A DNA stretch of 64,000 nucleotides from Escherichia coli phage Shin27. A program made the translations under genes and the position numbers. The notes under the pieces are model-generated. The model had not been told where the DNA came from and did not search any database. It saw only the letters and a list, made by a program, of their open reading frames with translations. The stretch is taken from sequence record LC788709.1; one strand, 5' to 3'. Below, piece after piece: positions 12,201-20,594 of the stretch. Position 1 is the first letter of the stretch. Each line of letters starts with the position of its first letter.

Positions 12201-13002
12201 TAAGTTGTTCAGCATCAAATCCATATGCAGAAGCAGAGGATGCCTGTCTCATTGCTTCTTCGAAGGAGATTGCATAACCAGCAGCCTCTTGTAGAGATCT
12301 AGCTAGAGTTTGTACAGGAGTACCTGTTTGAGTACCAACAATAGTACCAAACTTCTCAAGACGGTTTAACTGATCCCCCATCTTAAGTTGTTCGAAGGCA
12401 GATTGTAGAACGAACACGTTAGATGCGATAGCAGCATACATAAGAGGCAAACTACCGCCCACTTTAGCCATAGCTGCGAAATCACGAGTAGCACCACGTG
12501 CTGAACCAGAAGTATTACCAATTGCACGACTAGCACGTCCTGCGGAGGTAGTTGTATCGTTAAAGCCTCTAGCAGTATTGCCTAGTGCTCGGTTAGTATC
12601 ATATAATCTATCTTGAACTTTTTCGGTTGCAGCAGCTACATCGTTACCCATAGCCTTAACAGATTTACCCACATGTGTAAATCCAGACTCTAGCTTCTCA
12701 GATACTTCGATCATAGCAAGGGCAAGATCATCTAGCTTATCACCAATACCTTCAATGGATTTAGTGATACCAGCCATACCTCTACTAGCCTGCATTTTAG
12801 TTAGACTTTTAGCTGCTCTATCCGCCGCCCTCTCAATGGAGTAAAGAGTTTTGGGCATTTTTCCTAACTGCTCATTAGTCAGTTCGGAAGCGGCAGCAGC
12901 ATTTTCTAACGCATCGGAAACGTTCTCAATAGATTTTGCAGTACTGGTTGCCCCTTTCTGCTTTACATCTATAAGTAGTTCTCGTATTAGCTTATCAGTC
13001 AT
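9295..13002 (-). CDS. tape measure protein (pb2-like)
   Basis: 1235-aa ORF, largely Ala/Gln/Glu/Lys-rich helical or coiled-coil. A hydrophobic segment (IIIQTAVAVMQAATAVPYPFSIPLMVAAGLAGAMALA) lies near the C-terminus. Confidence 0.9.
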   Translation of the reverse strand: MTDKLIRELLIDVKQKGATSTAKSIENVSDALENAAAASELTNEQLGKMPKTLYSIERAADRAAKSLTKMQASRGMAGITKSIEGIGDKLDDLALAMIEVSEKLESGFTHVGKSVKAMGNDVAAATEKVQDRLYDTNRALGNTARGFNDTTTSAGRASRAIGNTSGSARGATRDFAAMAKVGGSLPLMYAAIASNVFVLQSAFEQLKMGDQLNRLEKFGTIVGTQTGTPVQTLARSLQEAAGYAISFEEAMRQASSASAYGFDAEQLNKFGLVARRAAAVLGVDMTDALNRVIKGVSKQEIELLDELGVTIRLNDAYADYVKQLNAANTGITYNVNSLSTFQKQQAYANAVIAESTKRFGYLDDVLRATPWEQFAANADAALRKVQQAAAKYLGPVIDSINAVFYTSQASISASAARAQEETNRQIDPTNVGAVALSLSASEEGYNKALDMYKESLEKRNKLKADLDKRMQQADASTAGAIRLVAQGAPVGLAAGGFEVGGVRIGSSEENQKFIADTAALALQVERLDKEVEDSTGNLNAWKSAYQAAGAAAAKANPEFQKQINLQKDANDPDAVYDFNSATLKGLTEQQKAYDQAKKTASDLANDIQNIAQNTNTAAKTSASLSDTIKTIESLSAGTGKNADEYVKSLNLGYNTLSEMKTASQALAGYVKLTGNETKNQLEVQQKIAEVYSQTKDKEKAQEAGRRLEIQQLEEQEAALKRVLETNKGNKAIEGEIAKIQLERIKITNQGMEAQKKVKDYTDKILGVDREIALLNNRTMTDTQYRLAQLNLELTIEKEKYVWYSKQIDKQKEAEQSRRAQAQIEREIWKFRQDQQREMASGRERALNISQTSRNVTGESQRLTEQQALYQSLLEITKGNAQAQEEYKRKIQETSAALAQLKMQRDAQMQQQVTSSVGGVYTPTTGLEGDDKANMDMQNRMASYDQAISKLSELNSEATAVAQSMGNLTNAMIQFSQGSLDTTSLVAAGMQTVSSMIQYSVGQQVSAIDAAIAAEQKRDGKSEQSKAKIKKLEAEKLKIQQDAAKKQIIIQTAVAVMQAATAVPYPFSIPLMVAAGLAGAMALAQASSASGMSSIGDSGAETAGYLTLGERQKNVDVSMSANAGELSYIRGDQGIGNANSFVPRAEGGNMYPGVSYQMGEHGTEVITPMVPMKATPTDELKGSSKGTSGRPIVLNISTMDAASFRDFASSNSAAFRDAVEQALNENGTTLKSLGNS

Positions 13003-13011
13003 TTATTTTTC

Positions 13012-13047
13012 CCAATAAAAAAGGCTCTGGGCAAATCACCCAGAGCC
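13012..13047 (-). terminator. Rho-independent terminator/attenuator just upstream of the tape-measure start
   Basis: GGCTCTGGG-TGATTTG-CCCAGAGCC followed by TTTTTTATT. Confidence 0.7.
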
Positions 13048-13082
13048 AAGCCTCATCGTGGAACGCCCATTGGAGGAAACTT

Positions 13083-13451
13083 TTACTGAGCTCGAGATCT
13101 AGCATGCGGTTTAATGTTCGGAGTACGACCATTAGGTTTACTATGCTTCTCGGCTCTCTTACGAGCTGCATCTACAGCTTTCGAATCAAATATATTGATG
13201 ATGTGTAGAACAAACTCTTTCTCTATAGGATCAGTAATCCCATAGATATCAAATAAAACACCTAGTGCACTTTTGTCTTTTCCTATAAAGATAGGAAAGT
13301 CACCTGGTATGAAACAGTCAATAAGACTGTTATAAATATTCATACTAGTAGATACAATAGGTGGAAAATCTTCGAGTTCAACAGGCATTGCCTTAGGATC
13401 AGGTTCAATACCTAGTGACTCACAAAGCATTAAATATTGTTGTTTTGTCAT
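13083..13451 (-). CDS. tail assembly chaperone, distal ORF (possible frameshift extension)
   Basis: 122-aa ORF just upstream of the tape-measure gene. No SD precedes its ATG, and its frame stays open 34 codons upstream, 8 of them overlapping the end of the preceding ORF. Confidence 0.5.
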   Translation of the reverse strand: MTKQQYLMLCESLGIEPDPKAMPVELEDFPPIVSTSMNIYNSLIDCFIPGDFPIFIGKDKSALGVLFDIYGITDPIEKEFVLHIINIFDSKAVDAARKRAEKHSKPNGRTPNIKPHARSRAQ

Positions 13452-13512
13452 TTTAGATGCTGAGGATTTAATGCATTTATCTGCAAAATCGGCAACAGCA
13501 TCTAGTAACTGC

Positions 13513-13917
13513 TTACGCTTTTGAGCTACGAAAAGTGTCTAAGTGGAACACTGTCTGGTTGATCCAAGAATCAAACGCAGCAGAGTTCTGCATAAGCATG
13601 ATAGCATTATCGCGGCTAAATGGAACTTCAGTAGTAGGATCAGCTTCAGTTTCGATAAGCATCAGCTTCTCAACATCTCCAATCGTCAAGCCAGTCCAGC
13701 CAGCAATTGCAGTATCAACGAAAGCTTCAATAAACTTATCATCATCCTGAACCTGAATCATAGTACCGTTAACCCACTCATCACGCTTAGCGGAAGAGAT
13801 AACACGCTTAGATGCAGCACGAGACATGTAGTTCAGTTGCAGCTTGAAGTTAGGCATACCTGGGTAAGCCAGCTCAATAGTACGAGTTTCAAGGGTAATA
13901 TCTTTTAAATTGATCAT
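13513..13917 (-). CDS. tail assembly chaperone (G-like)
   Basis: 134-aa acidic ORF in the canonical slot between the tube/initiator genes and the tape-measure gene. Confidence 0.55.
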   Translation of the reverse strand: MINLKDITLETRTIELAYPGMPNFKLQLNYMSRAASKRVISSAKRDEWVNGTMIQVQDDDKFIEAFVDTAIAGWTGLTIGDVEKLMLIETEADPTTEVPFSRDNAIMLMQNSAAFDSWINQTVFHLDTFRSSKA

Positions 13918-14813
13918 TTCTTTATTTCTCCAAAGAAGTCGATTCTTACCGGATCAGAGTCTGCAGTAGGGATTACATCCCATTCAACTCTGTATATATC
14001 CGAGAATTGTAGGCGTTTTGTTATACGTGCTGAAGGAAAATCAATCGAAATATGTTCATTTCGGATGGTTAATGGTATGTCAGTTTCGGGTTCAATATTA
14101 TAAAACATATCACCAGCAAATCGCTTGGTGTAGTAAAATGCAATTGTTGCCGAAGCATTCATTTCATTAACATAAGCTCTCTTATTATTATATATTTTGT
14201 TTATGTCAAATACGCTTTTATCTTCTCTCCAAGAACATTGTTGCTGGAATGACATAGAAGCGGATAAAAGAGCTGGTAAAACATTACTGTTGGTAGATAC
14301 TCTAGGAGGACTATATGACATAACTTTACCCTGAACAATAGAACCAGCAGGAGTAAAAGTAGACACCTCAGAGAACTTACCAGATTCAATTCCTACGTTT
14401 AGGATAGGAACGCTTTTATCTAGAGAAAAGTCTACAGTAGATACATAGCAATTCTCAAAGTATACACAGTTATTATCTTTATTAACTATGTATATATTAA
14501 ACATTGTTGGCTCAATATTTGTACTATAAAGTGGTAGTAAGAATGTGTTACCCTCTCGGTCAAAGCCCATCCATTCAAAGAAGTTAGCTTCAGTAAGGGT
14601 ATTACTAAAATTTATAGCCAGTGATATTGAAGATGGAGTTTGTGCATTAATAATAGAGTCAGCATAGTTGGTTCTACGATGGATAGTCCTACGAAGAGTT
14701 TTAAATTCCTCATAGGACGTATTGATATCGTAATTTGACAGGGCATCAAAATGATAAGCCCTGCCATCATACTCAACTATAACTTTTGACTCCCTCATTA
14801 GAGAGTAGTACAT
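13914..14813 (-). CDS. tail tip/tube-initiator protein (T5 p140-like)
   Basis: 299-aa ORF directly downstream of the tail tube gene with a 4-nt overlap. Named from recalled T5 order. Confidence 0.55.
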   Translation of the reverse strand: MYYSLMRESKVIVEYDGRAYHFDALSNYDINTSYEEFKTLRRTIHRRTNYADSIINAQTPSSISLAINFSNTLTEANFFEWMGFDREGNTFLLPLYSTNIEPTMFNIYIVNKDNNCVYFENCYVSTVDFSLDKSVPILNVGIESGKFSEVSTFTPAGSIVQGKVMSYSPPRVSTNSNVLPALLSASMSFQQQCSWREDKSVFDINKIYNNKRAYVNEMNASATIAFYYTKRFAGDMFYNIEPETDIPLTIRNEHISIDFPSARITKRLQFSDIYRVEWDVIPTADSDPVRIDFFGEIKK

Positions 14814-14817
14814 TTAA

Positions 14818-16227
14818 TTAGCCACCAGAAGCAGTAACTGTAATGCTCTTAGTACCTTCTACACCAGAACCATCTTTAGCTACAGCTTTCACAGTAACTG
14901 CACCAGTCTTAGAAGCATCAGCGGTCAGTAAACCAGAAGTTGCATCAATAGTAGCAGCAGTACCAGAGGAAATAGACCAAGTTACTTCCTTATTAGTAGC
15001 TTCAGCAGGTAAAACGTCTACAGTCATCTGAAGAGTTGCGCTATTCTCAACGGAAGTTGTATCGCCCGCAGATTTAACAGTAATACCTGTTACCTTAACC
15101 GGAGCTGCTTTACCACCGTCACCAGTTGCAATCAGATTTGCAATAGTAGTTTTGGTGTACTTATTAGAGAAACCAAGATAACCTTCATCACCAGTATCCA
15201 GATCAGTAGGAATTGCTTTGAACTCTACAGAAGTACCAAGTACATCGTCAGTCTCAATAGTTGGGATGTTAACGTGAGCTTGCTTAGCAACTAGAACAGC
15301 GGCTGGGCGCTCATCATCATATTCACCGCCAAGTACTAGAGCGATTTCGAAACGGTTAACTACCTTCAGGGTCTTAATCAGATCTTTATACAGATCCATA
15401 GAACCTAGAGCTTTATCGCTAAGATAAGCGGTCAGAGAACCAGTTAATTCGAATGCACCAGTAAATGAACCGATTGGGATGTTAACACGGGACATGACGT
15501 TAGGAGTCAGATAGGTGATGTTGTTGTTAATTGTAAAGCTACCACCAGTGATCGGAATGTCATATGCCTTACCAGTATCCATATCCTTAATTTTGAGGAT
15601 AGTCAGTTTGTTCTTGATGTAAGAACCCTGGATAGTCATGTAAGTTTCATCATCAATACCCACAGTATCAGGATCAAAGGGAGCAGCGTCCAGAGGGATC
15701 AGCTGGTTACCATTACCCGACCAAGTTACACGACCGATATCTTCGATATCAACGTTTACTTCAGCCTGGTTGATCTGACAGGAATCGATGTAGCTCCATG
15801 CTTTATCAGTAAGGATGTAAATATGTAGCATTGCCAGCTCGTGGTATGCGTTATCCTTAAAGTTAACCATGAAGTTAGTTTCGTTAGTGTGAGCACCTGT
15901 ATCACCATCTAGGTTGATAGGCTTACCGCTAGAAAGAGCATGCCACAGCATGTAGTCCGGGACGATCTGCTTACTAGTAGTCTTATCTAAGTAAGGCAGG
16001 ATGTAAGTAGAGAAACTCCACTCAGCTGCGTTCAGGGAGTCGTTGAAACGTTTTGAACCACGAGTTGGACGCGGACCAGCTTCGTTAACAGTAATATCGG
16101 TTGAGTTACTGTCCTGACCCCAAGAAATATCATCTTGAACTAGAATCTCTTGCGTGTTGGTCTTATCGTGACCAGTCTTAACCGTAGACACGAAGATTCG
16201 AGTATTACGTAATAGTTGTAAAGACAT
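14818..16227 (-). CDS. major tail tube protein (pb6-like) with C-terminal Ig-like (Big_2) domain
   Basis: 469-aa ORF. The C-terminus (ITVKSAGDTTSVENSATLQMTVDVLPAEATNKEVTWSISSG...VTVKAVAKDGSG) is a bacterial Ig-like repeat. Confidence 0.85.
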   Translation of the reverse strand: MSLQLLRNTRIFVSTVKTGHDKTNTQEILVQDDISWGQDSNSTDITVNEAGPRPTRGSKRFNDSLNAAEWSFSTYILPYLDKTTSKQIVPDYMLWHALSSGKPINLDGDTGAHTNETNFMVNFKDNAYHELAMLHIYILTDKAWSYIDSCQINQAEVNVDIEDIGRVTWSGNGNQLIPLDAAPFDPDTVGIDDETYMTIQGSYIKNKLTILKIKDMDTGKAYDIPITGGSFTINNNITYLTPNVMSRVNIPIGSFTGAFELTGSLTAYLSDKALGSMDLYKDLIKTLKVVNRFEIALVLGGEYDDERPAAVLVAKQAHVNIPTIETDDVLGTSVEFKAIPTDLDTGDEGYLGFSNKYTKTTIANLIATGDGGKAAPVKVTGITVKSAGDTTSVENSATLQMTVDVLPAEATNKEVTWSISSGTAATIDATSGLLTADASKTGAVTVKAVAKDGSGVEGTKSITVTASGG

Positions 16228-16253
16228 TTATTTATATTCTCCTAATCTGTAAC

Positions 16254-16739
16254 TTATCTGCGAAGTGCCCTACGAGGTGGCTGATACCTCACTGTTACAT
16301 TTATTTCCGCTAAACCATATGGGGCCAGTAGACCCTCATCTGTAGCTACTGAGGTGATGCTCATATCAGTTGCCTCACATGGGAAGGTCGATCCATTAGG
16401 TTTACTAACAGTATATTCTAAATTTCCACCTGTGTCAATGACGGTTTTTATGTCAGCTACGAGTTTTTCAAGTTGCTCTTGAATATCTGTTTTCTCTTTA
16501 TCATACACGAGGATTGGAAGTTCTAAAAACACCCACTGTTGGCCTGAAGGAAGATACTGCCCAGTTTCAGTTCCGATATGGACTGCCACATAAGGAAATT
16601 CTCGGATTTCCTCGAATTTATAAGTTTGACGAGAAACGTTTCCATAAAGGTTATTGAAATACTCGTCAGGTTGTGAACCATCCATTTGTGTGGCGATTCG
16701 GTCAACCACTGCTTGTGCAATACTTGTTCTGTGATCCAT
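16254..16739 (-). CDS. tail terminator protein (p142-like)
   Basis: 161-aa ORF upstream of the tube gene. Called from position in T5 order. Confidence 0.55.
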   Translation of the reverse strand: MDHRTSIAQAVVDRIATQMDGSQPDEYFNNLYGNVSRQTYKFEEIREFPYVAVHIGTETGQYLPSGQQWVFLELPILVYDKEKTDIQEQLEKLVADIKTVIDTGGNLEYTVSKPNGSTFPCEATDMSITSVATDEGLLAPYGLAEINVTVRYQPPRRALRR

Positions 16740-16742
16740 TTA

Positions 16743-17510
16743 TTAGGTTCCTTGATTAACCTTGATTTTATATCTAGAGTGAATCAGGTCTCTTGCAGCT
16801 TTTGCGATTGCTTCCCCAATAAGTTTTTGAGGGTTTCGAGCGCCAGGGTAAGGTCGTAGAGAAAGTCTTCGATATGTAGAAACTGCGGGGTTGAACACAG
16901 AGTAAGGACGAACCATATAGTTATACGTCACATTCAGCTCTGGAGCACCTTTACTAGTTTCTGCATCACGTAGCATAACGTCTTTAATCTTTAAGGAGTT
17001 AGCAAAGCGACCAGTTCTGAACTTCAATGGTGCCCCTGCTTTTTTCATATCCTTGATTAAATATTCCTTAGCAACTATCTCAAGAATAGCACGCATGTTA
17101 CTGTTCGATACGAAACGACCGGAAGCACCTGTTACTGCACCAGAATAGCCATCTTCAGTATCTCTAGGATCTCCAAAGTTTACCTGAACTCTACCGGTAG
17201 AACGTTTTTTACCAACAGCAGAACGTTTACCTGCTGTTGCTTGAATTAAATTCTCTAGAGCGCCTAAATCACCAGAAAGATCTAAATTAGAAGAAACAGC
17301 CTTCAGTATAGATGCTGTCCTAACATTTAATAAGTCTTGAGATACTGGTTTTGAGAATTTGAAAGATACCTGTGCAACTGTACCATCTCTTGTAGGATCT
17401 TTCAAACCTGTCTCAACTGTATACACAACAGTATTCTTATTATTCTCAGATCGTCCTGCAGTATCTAGCTGCTCTTTAATAATTTGTCTAGCTAGATCAG
17501 AAAGAGCCAT
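16743..17510 (-). CDS. tail completion protein (p143-like)
   Basis: 255-aa ORF between the head-completion and tail-terminator genes. Confidence 0.5.
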   Translation of the reverse strand: MALSDLARQIIKEQLDTAGRSENNKNTVVYTVETGLKDPTRDGTVAQVSFKFSKPVSQDLLNVRTASILKAVSSNLDLSGDLGALENLIQATAGKRSAVGKKRSTGRVQVNFGDPRDTEDGYSGAVTGASGRFVSNSNMRAILEIVAKEYLIKDMKKAGAPLKFRTGRFANSLKIKDVMLRDAETSKGAPELNVTYNYMVRPYSVFNPAVSTYRRLSLRPYPGARNPQKLIGEAIAKAARDLIHSRYKIKVNQGT

Positions 17511-18022
17511 TATACTCTCCTGTAGACTTCGATGATTGTACGAATATGCTCTGGAATACCAGACTTAGTATTGTTAAACGTAACTGTCTCACCACCAATA
17601 GTCTTGGCTTGACGATAATCTTGCTTATGCCAGTGGTCTACTAACAGACATGCTGCCAGTTTAAGATCTTCAGGCATTGGATTGAAACCACCTTGAGTAT
17701 ACTCTACATCCATATACCCTTCAGGAGGATTAAACTTAAGAAGAATAACACCATCAGGATACAGTTTAAACTGTTCCGGGTCTATTTCATTCTCGTTAAT
17801 AGTCATCTTTGTAATAGATGTGGCTGAAGGAGAACTCAGGAAATATTTCCTACGGCTAGGTTTTGTGGTAATTAATTGATCTACCGCATCTGCATCATCC
17901 ATACCTAGAAGGCTTGTAATCAGCGTATTGGCAGCTTTAATCATCATCTCAACCTGAGTTTCCATATCAGGACGTTTTAAATTCCCATATAGTTTATAAT
18001 CTTCAACAGTGATGATTTGCAT
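17510..18022 (-). CDS. head completion/head-tail adaptor protein (p144-like)
   Basis: 170-aa ORF, the first gene after the terminator that follows the capsid gene. Confidence 0.55.
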   Translation of the reverse strand: MQIITVEDYKLYGNLKRPDMETQVEMMIKAANTLITSLLGMDDADAVDQLITTKPSRRKYFLSSPSATSITKMTINENEIDPEQFKLYPDGVILLKFNPPEGYMDVEYTQGGFNPMPEDLKLAACLLVDHWHKQDYRQAKTIGGETVTFNNTKSGIPEHIRTIIEVYRRV

Positions 18023-18033
18023 TTATTTTTCCC

Positions 18034-18060
18034 AATAAAAAAGGAGAGCCGAAGCTCTCC
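18034..18060 (-). terminator. Rho-independent terminator after the major capsid gene
   Basis: GGAGAGC-TTCG-GCTCTCC (UUCG tetraloop) followed by TTTTTTATT. Confidence 0.8.
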
Positions 18061-18081
18061 TTATCGGCTGAAAAGCCTGTA

Positions 18082-19458
18082 TTAAGATGCAGCGTAAGCA
18101 CCAGATACAACGCCGTTTTCGAAGTAACGTTGCAGGTTAACACGCTGGGTAACGTAGTATGCATCACGCTGTTTGCCAGCTTGGCGCTCACGTTCAACAG
18201 TAACGGCACGCTGACGCGGCATTACGAAGTTATCTTTATAAACAATAACTGCGAATTCAGCGGAAGCAGCTTTAGCTGGGAAGTACTCAGAAACTACAAC
18301 CGGCAGACCGTAAATACGACCAACCTGACCCTGCAGTTTAACAGCATCGTTACCAACCTGGGCAACATCCTGCCATTCTTCATCTTCCAGCAGATCGTAG
18401 TAAGCATCCATAGATACGATCAGTACCAGTTTGCTTAGTTTCAGACCGTGACGGCCCAGTTTACGACGCAGCTTGGAGATAGTCTTAGCAGTTACCAGAA
18501 CAGAACCGTCAGCTTTAGCTTCGGTAACAACCTTAGCACCATCATCAGCAGCCAGTTTCAGCAGACCCTTAGGCTGACCAGTACCATTACCGGACATGAA
18601 AGCTTCTTCGATAGAAACAGCGTGTGCTTCGATCAGACGCTTACGCAGCAGAGGCAGCAGGGAGAAGATTGCATCTTCTTCAGTTTCATCAGTGATGAAG
18701 GATTTAGCAGCCAGCTTGTAAGTTTTGAAGCTGATTTCAGTCAGTTGACCTTTAACTTCGTCACCAACAGTTTCGTCAGTACCGAATTTGGAAGCATCTA
18801 CCCAAGTAGCACGACCAGCTTCTGGTTCAACGAGCATAGTAAGGATTTTGCTGGACATTGGCAGTTCATCGAACAGTGCACCAACTACCAGTTCCTTCTG
18901 CAGGTCACGGATAATACGGGTAGAGAAGATAGTTTCGTATGCTTCGCTAGACATGGAAACGGAAGAAGAACCGTTAACAGCTTTAACGTGAGCCTTACCA
19001 TGTTCAGTTTCGAATACGTCTTTCTCCATCATATAAGACAGAAGAACCAGTTTCTCAACTTCATCTTCGAAAGCATCCTGAGTGCCATAAAGAGCTTTAG
19101 CTACGCTATCACCAACGAAGGAACGACCTTCACGAGCTGCCAACAGAGACTTGATTTCGTCCTGAAGACCAACGATGGTTTCCTGTTGCTTTTCTACAGT
19201 CTGTGCAAACAGTTCTGCGCTCTTCTTAGACTTCTCATCCAGGTTCTTAACCAGATCCAGAGCTTCTTCCAGACGCTTACGGTCTTCACCAACAGCTTTA
19301 GATACTAGGTCGTTCATACGAGCCAGTTCTTTTTCTTCCTGCTCTTCACGCAGACGCTTAGCTTCCGCAGCTTTCTGAGCAGCAGTCAGACCTTCCAGAG
19401 ATTTAGCCAGATCACCCAGACCAAGTTCTTCCTTCAGCTTATTAATATCAATAGTCAT
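18082..19458 (-). CDS. major capsid protein precursor (pb8-like, HK97 fold with N-terminal scaffolding delta domain)
   Basis: 458-aa ORF. The N-terminal ~150 aa are coiled-coil (LKEELGLGDLAKSLEGLTAAQKAAEAKRLREEQEEKE...). It lies directly downstream of the protease gene and is followed by a strong terminator. Confidence 0.92.
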   Translation of the reverse strand: MTIDINKLKEELGLGDLAKSLEGLTAAQKAAEAKRLREEQEEKELARMNDLVSKAVGEDRKRLEEALDLVKNLDEKSKKSAELFAQTVEKQQETIVGLQDEIKSLLAAREGRSFVGDSVAKALYGTQDAFEDEVEKLVLLSYMMEKDVFETEHGKAHVKAVNGSSSVSMSSEAYETIFSTRIIRDLQKELVVGALFDELPMSSKILTMLVEPEAGRATWVDASKFGTDETVGDEVKGQLTEISFKTYKLAAKSFITDETEEDAIFSLLPLLRKRLIEAHAVSIEEAFMSGNGTGQPKGLLKLAADDGAKVVTEAKADGSVLVTAKTISKLRRKLGRHGLKLSKLVLIVSMDAYYDLLEDEEWQDVAQVGNDAVKLQGQVGRIYGLPVVVSEYFPAKAASAEFAVIVYKDNFVMPRQRAVTVERERQAGKQRDAYYVTQRVNLQRYFENGVVSGAYAAS

Positions 19459-19475
19459 TTTTAAATAATTCTCCG

Positions 19476-20108
19476 TTATTCTTTAACGTAGCCTAAAGCT
19501 ATCGCAAGTTTTTCTAGTTCAGAAAGATTACGTTCTTGAGCTGGGACAGCCTTAGAACTTGTTGCAGTAAAAGATTTGCGCCATTCAGTGTAATCGTGGC
19601 CATTCATACTCTTAGCGAGGTTGAACGTTGAGTCCTGATTACAAGGTACAGAAACTACCGAAACTTCGTATAGTTCTAAATCTTTAATAATAAATATGTC
19701 AGTAGCTTCATCCCATTCTGCGTCTAGGCAGCGGAATCCGATACTGAAGGTTTTCAGTACACCGTTTTTAATTAGTGAGAAGATAGCTGGATCAGAACTT
19801 TCATAAATCTCGCATTCAATTTCGAGACCCATTTCAGTAGGGTTAAGATCAATACACTTGCCGATTGGACGACGATGGTCGTGGCCGAAAAGAATAATCG
19901 GGTTTTTCATGTAGTTAGCAAGTGCATTAGACGTTTTCCATGCCGAAGCAGGAATTACGTCACCAGCGCGATCTTTACTAATTGTATTAGCGAATCCACG
20001 GATTTTTACAACACCCTCTTTGGATTCGCTATCAATAGACTTAATGTAAGCGTCTAAATGAACCGGTGCTGATTTTAACTTGTTATAGTCAATAGCAGCA
20101 TTTGTCAT
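19476..20108 (-). CDS. prohead protease (pb11-like)
   Basis: 210-aa ORF immediately upstream of the capsid gene, the conserved HK97-type arrangement. Confidence 0.8.
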   Translation of the reverse strand: MTNAAIDYNKLKSAPVHLDAYIKSIDSESKEGVVKIRGFANTISKDRAGDVIPASAWKTSNALANYMKNPIILFGHDHRRPIGKCIDLNPTEMGLEIECEIYESSDPAIFSLIKNGVLKTFSIGFRCLDAEWDEATDIFIIKDLELYEVSVVSVPCNQDSTFNLAKSMNGHDYTEWRKSFTATSSKAVPAQERNLSELEKLAIALGYVKE

Positions 20109-20111
20109 TTA

Positions 20112-20594
20112 TTAAGCCTCCGGCGCAGGGTTGATAGTTGTTACACACTCATTAGAAGTAATGGAAGTAGATTTACTATCCGTTACAACAACTTTGTAAG
20201 TACCAGCATCTTCTGCAACAGCTGTAGCTTTGTTGAAATTAGGGCCAGTAACACCACTAAGTGGAGAACCGTCTTTAGTCCAAGCATAAGTATATGGTGC
20301 AGTACCACCAGTAACTGTTACGCCCAGATTAATTGCTGCACCAGTATCAACAGCTAGAGTTTTAGCCAAATTCTTCGTGAAAGCTAGAGCCGGAACAACC
20401 GGAGCAGTAACTTCGTATGCTTCTTTGAACTTATTCCAAACCTTGCGGTTGGTATGTGCAGTGGTCATTCCAAACTCTTTACGTAGAGTAGCGTAGTTTG
20501 GAACGAACTTGTGTGCTGCAACCGTAGCAAAGAAGATATGAGATTCTGGCAGCTTTTCACCAAAAATGGCCTTTAGACCATCATAATCAATCAT
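20112..20594 (-). CDS. capsid decoration protein (pb10-like) with Ig-like domain
   Basis: 160-aa ORF. The C-terminus (VTGGTAPYTYAWTKDGSPL...EDAGTYKVVVTD) is an Ig I-set-like signature. Confidence 0.75.
   Translation of the reverse strand: MIDYDGLKAIFGEKLPESHIFFATVAAHKFVPNYATLRKEFGMTTAHTNRKVWNKFKEAYEVTAPVVPALAFTKNLAKTLAVDTGAAINLGVTVTGGTAPYTYAWTKDGSPLSGVTGPNFNKATAVAEDAGTYKVVVTDSKSTSITSNECVTTINPAPEA

Noticed and set aside
13535-13908. Plus-strand ORFs of 71 and 121 aa.
   Set aside because: They are antisense to the chaperone gene, have no RBS and are shadow ORFs.
18448-19308. A 286-aa plus-strand ORF, with companions at 18130-18438, 18788-18991 and 19175-19378.
   Set aside because: It is antisense to the strongly supported major capsid gene. 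The product is low-complexity (Ser/Phe/Thr-rich), it has no RBS, and it is typical shadow ORF material.
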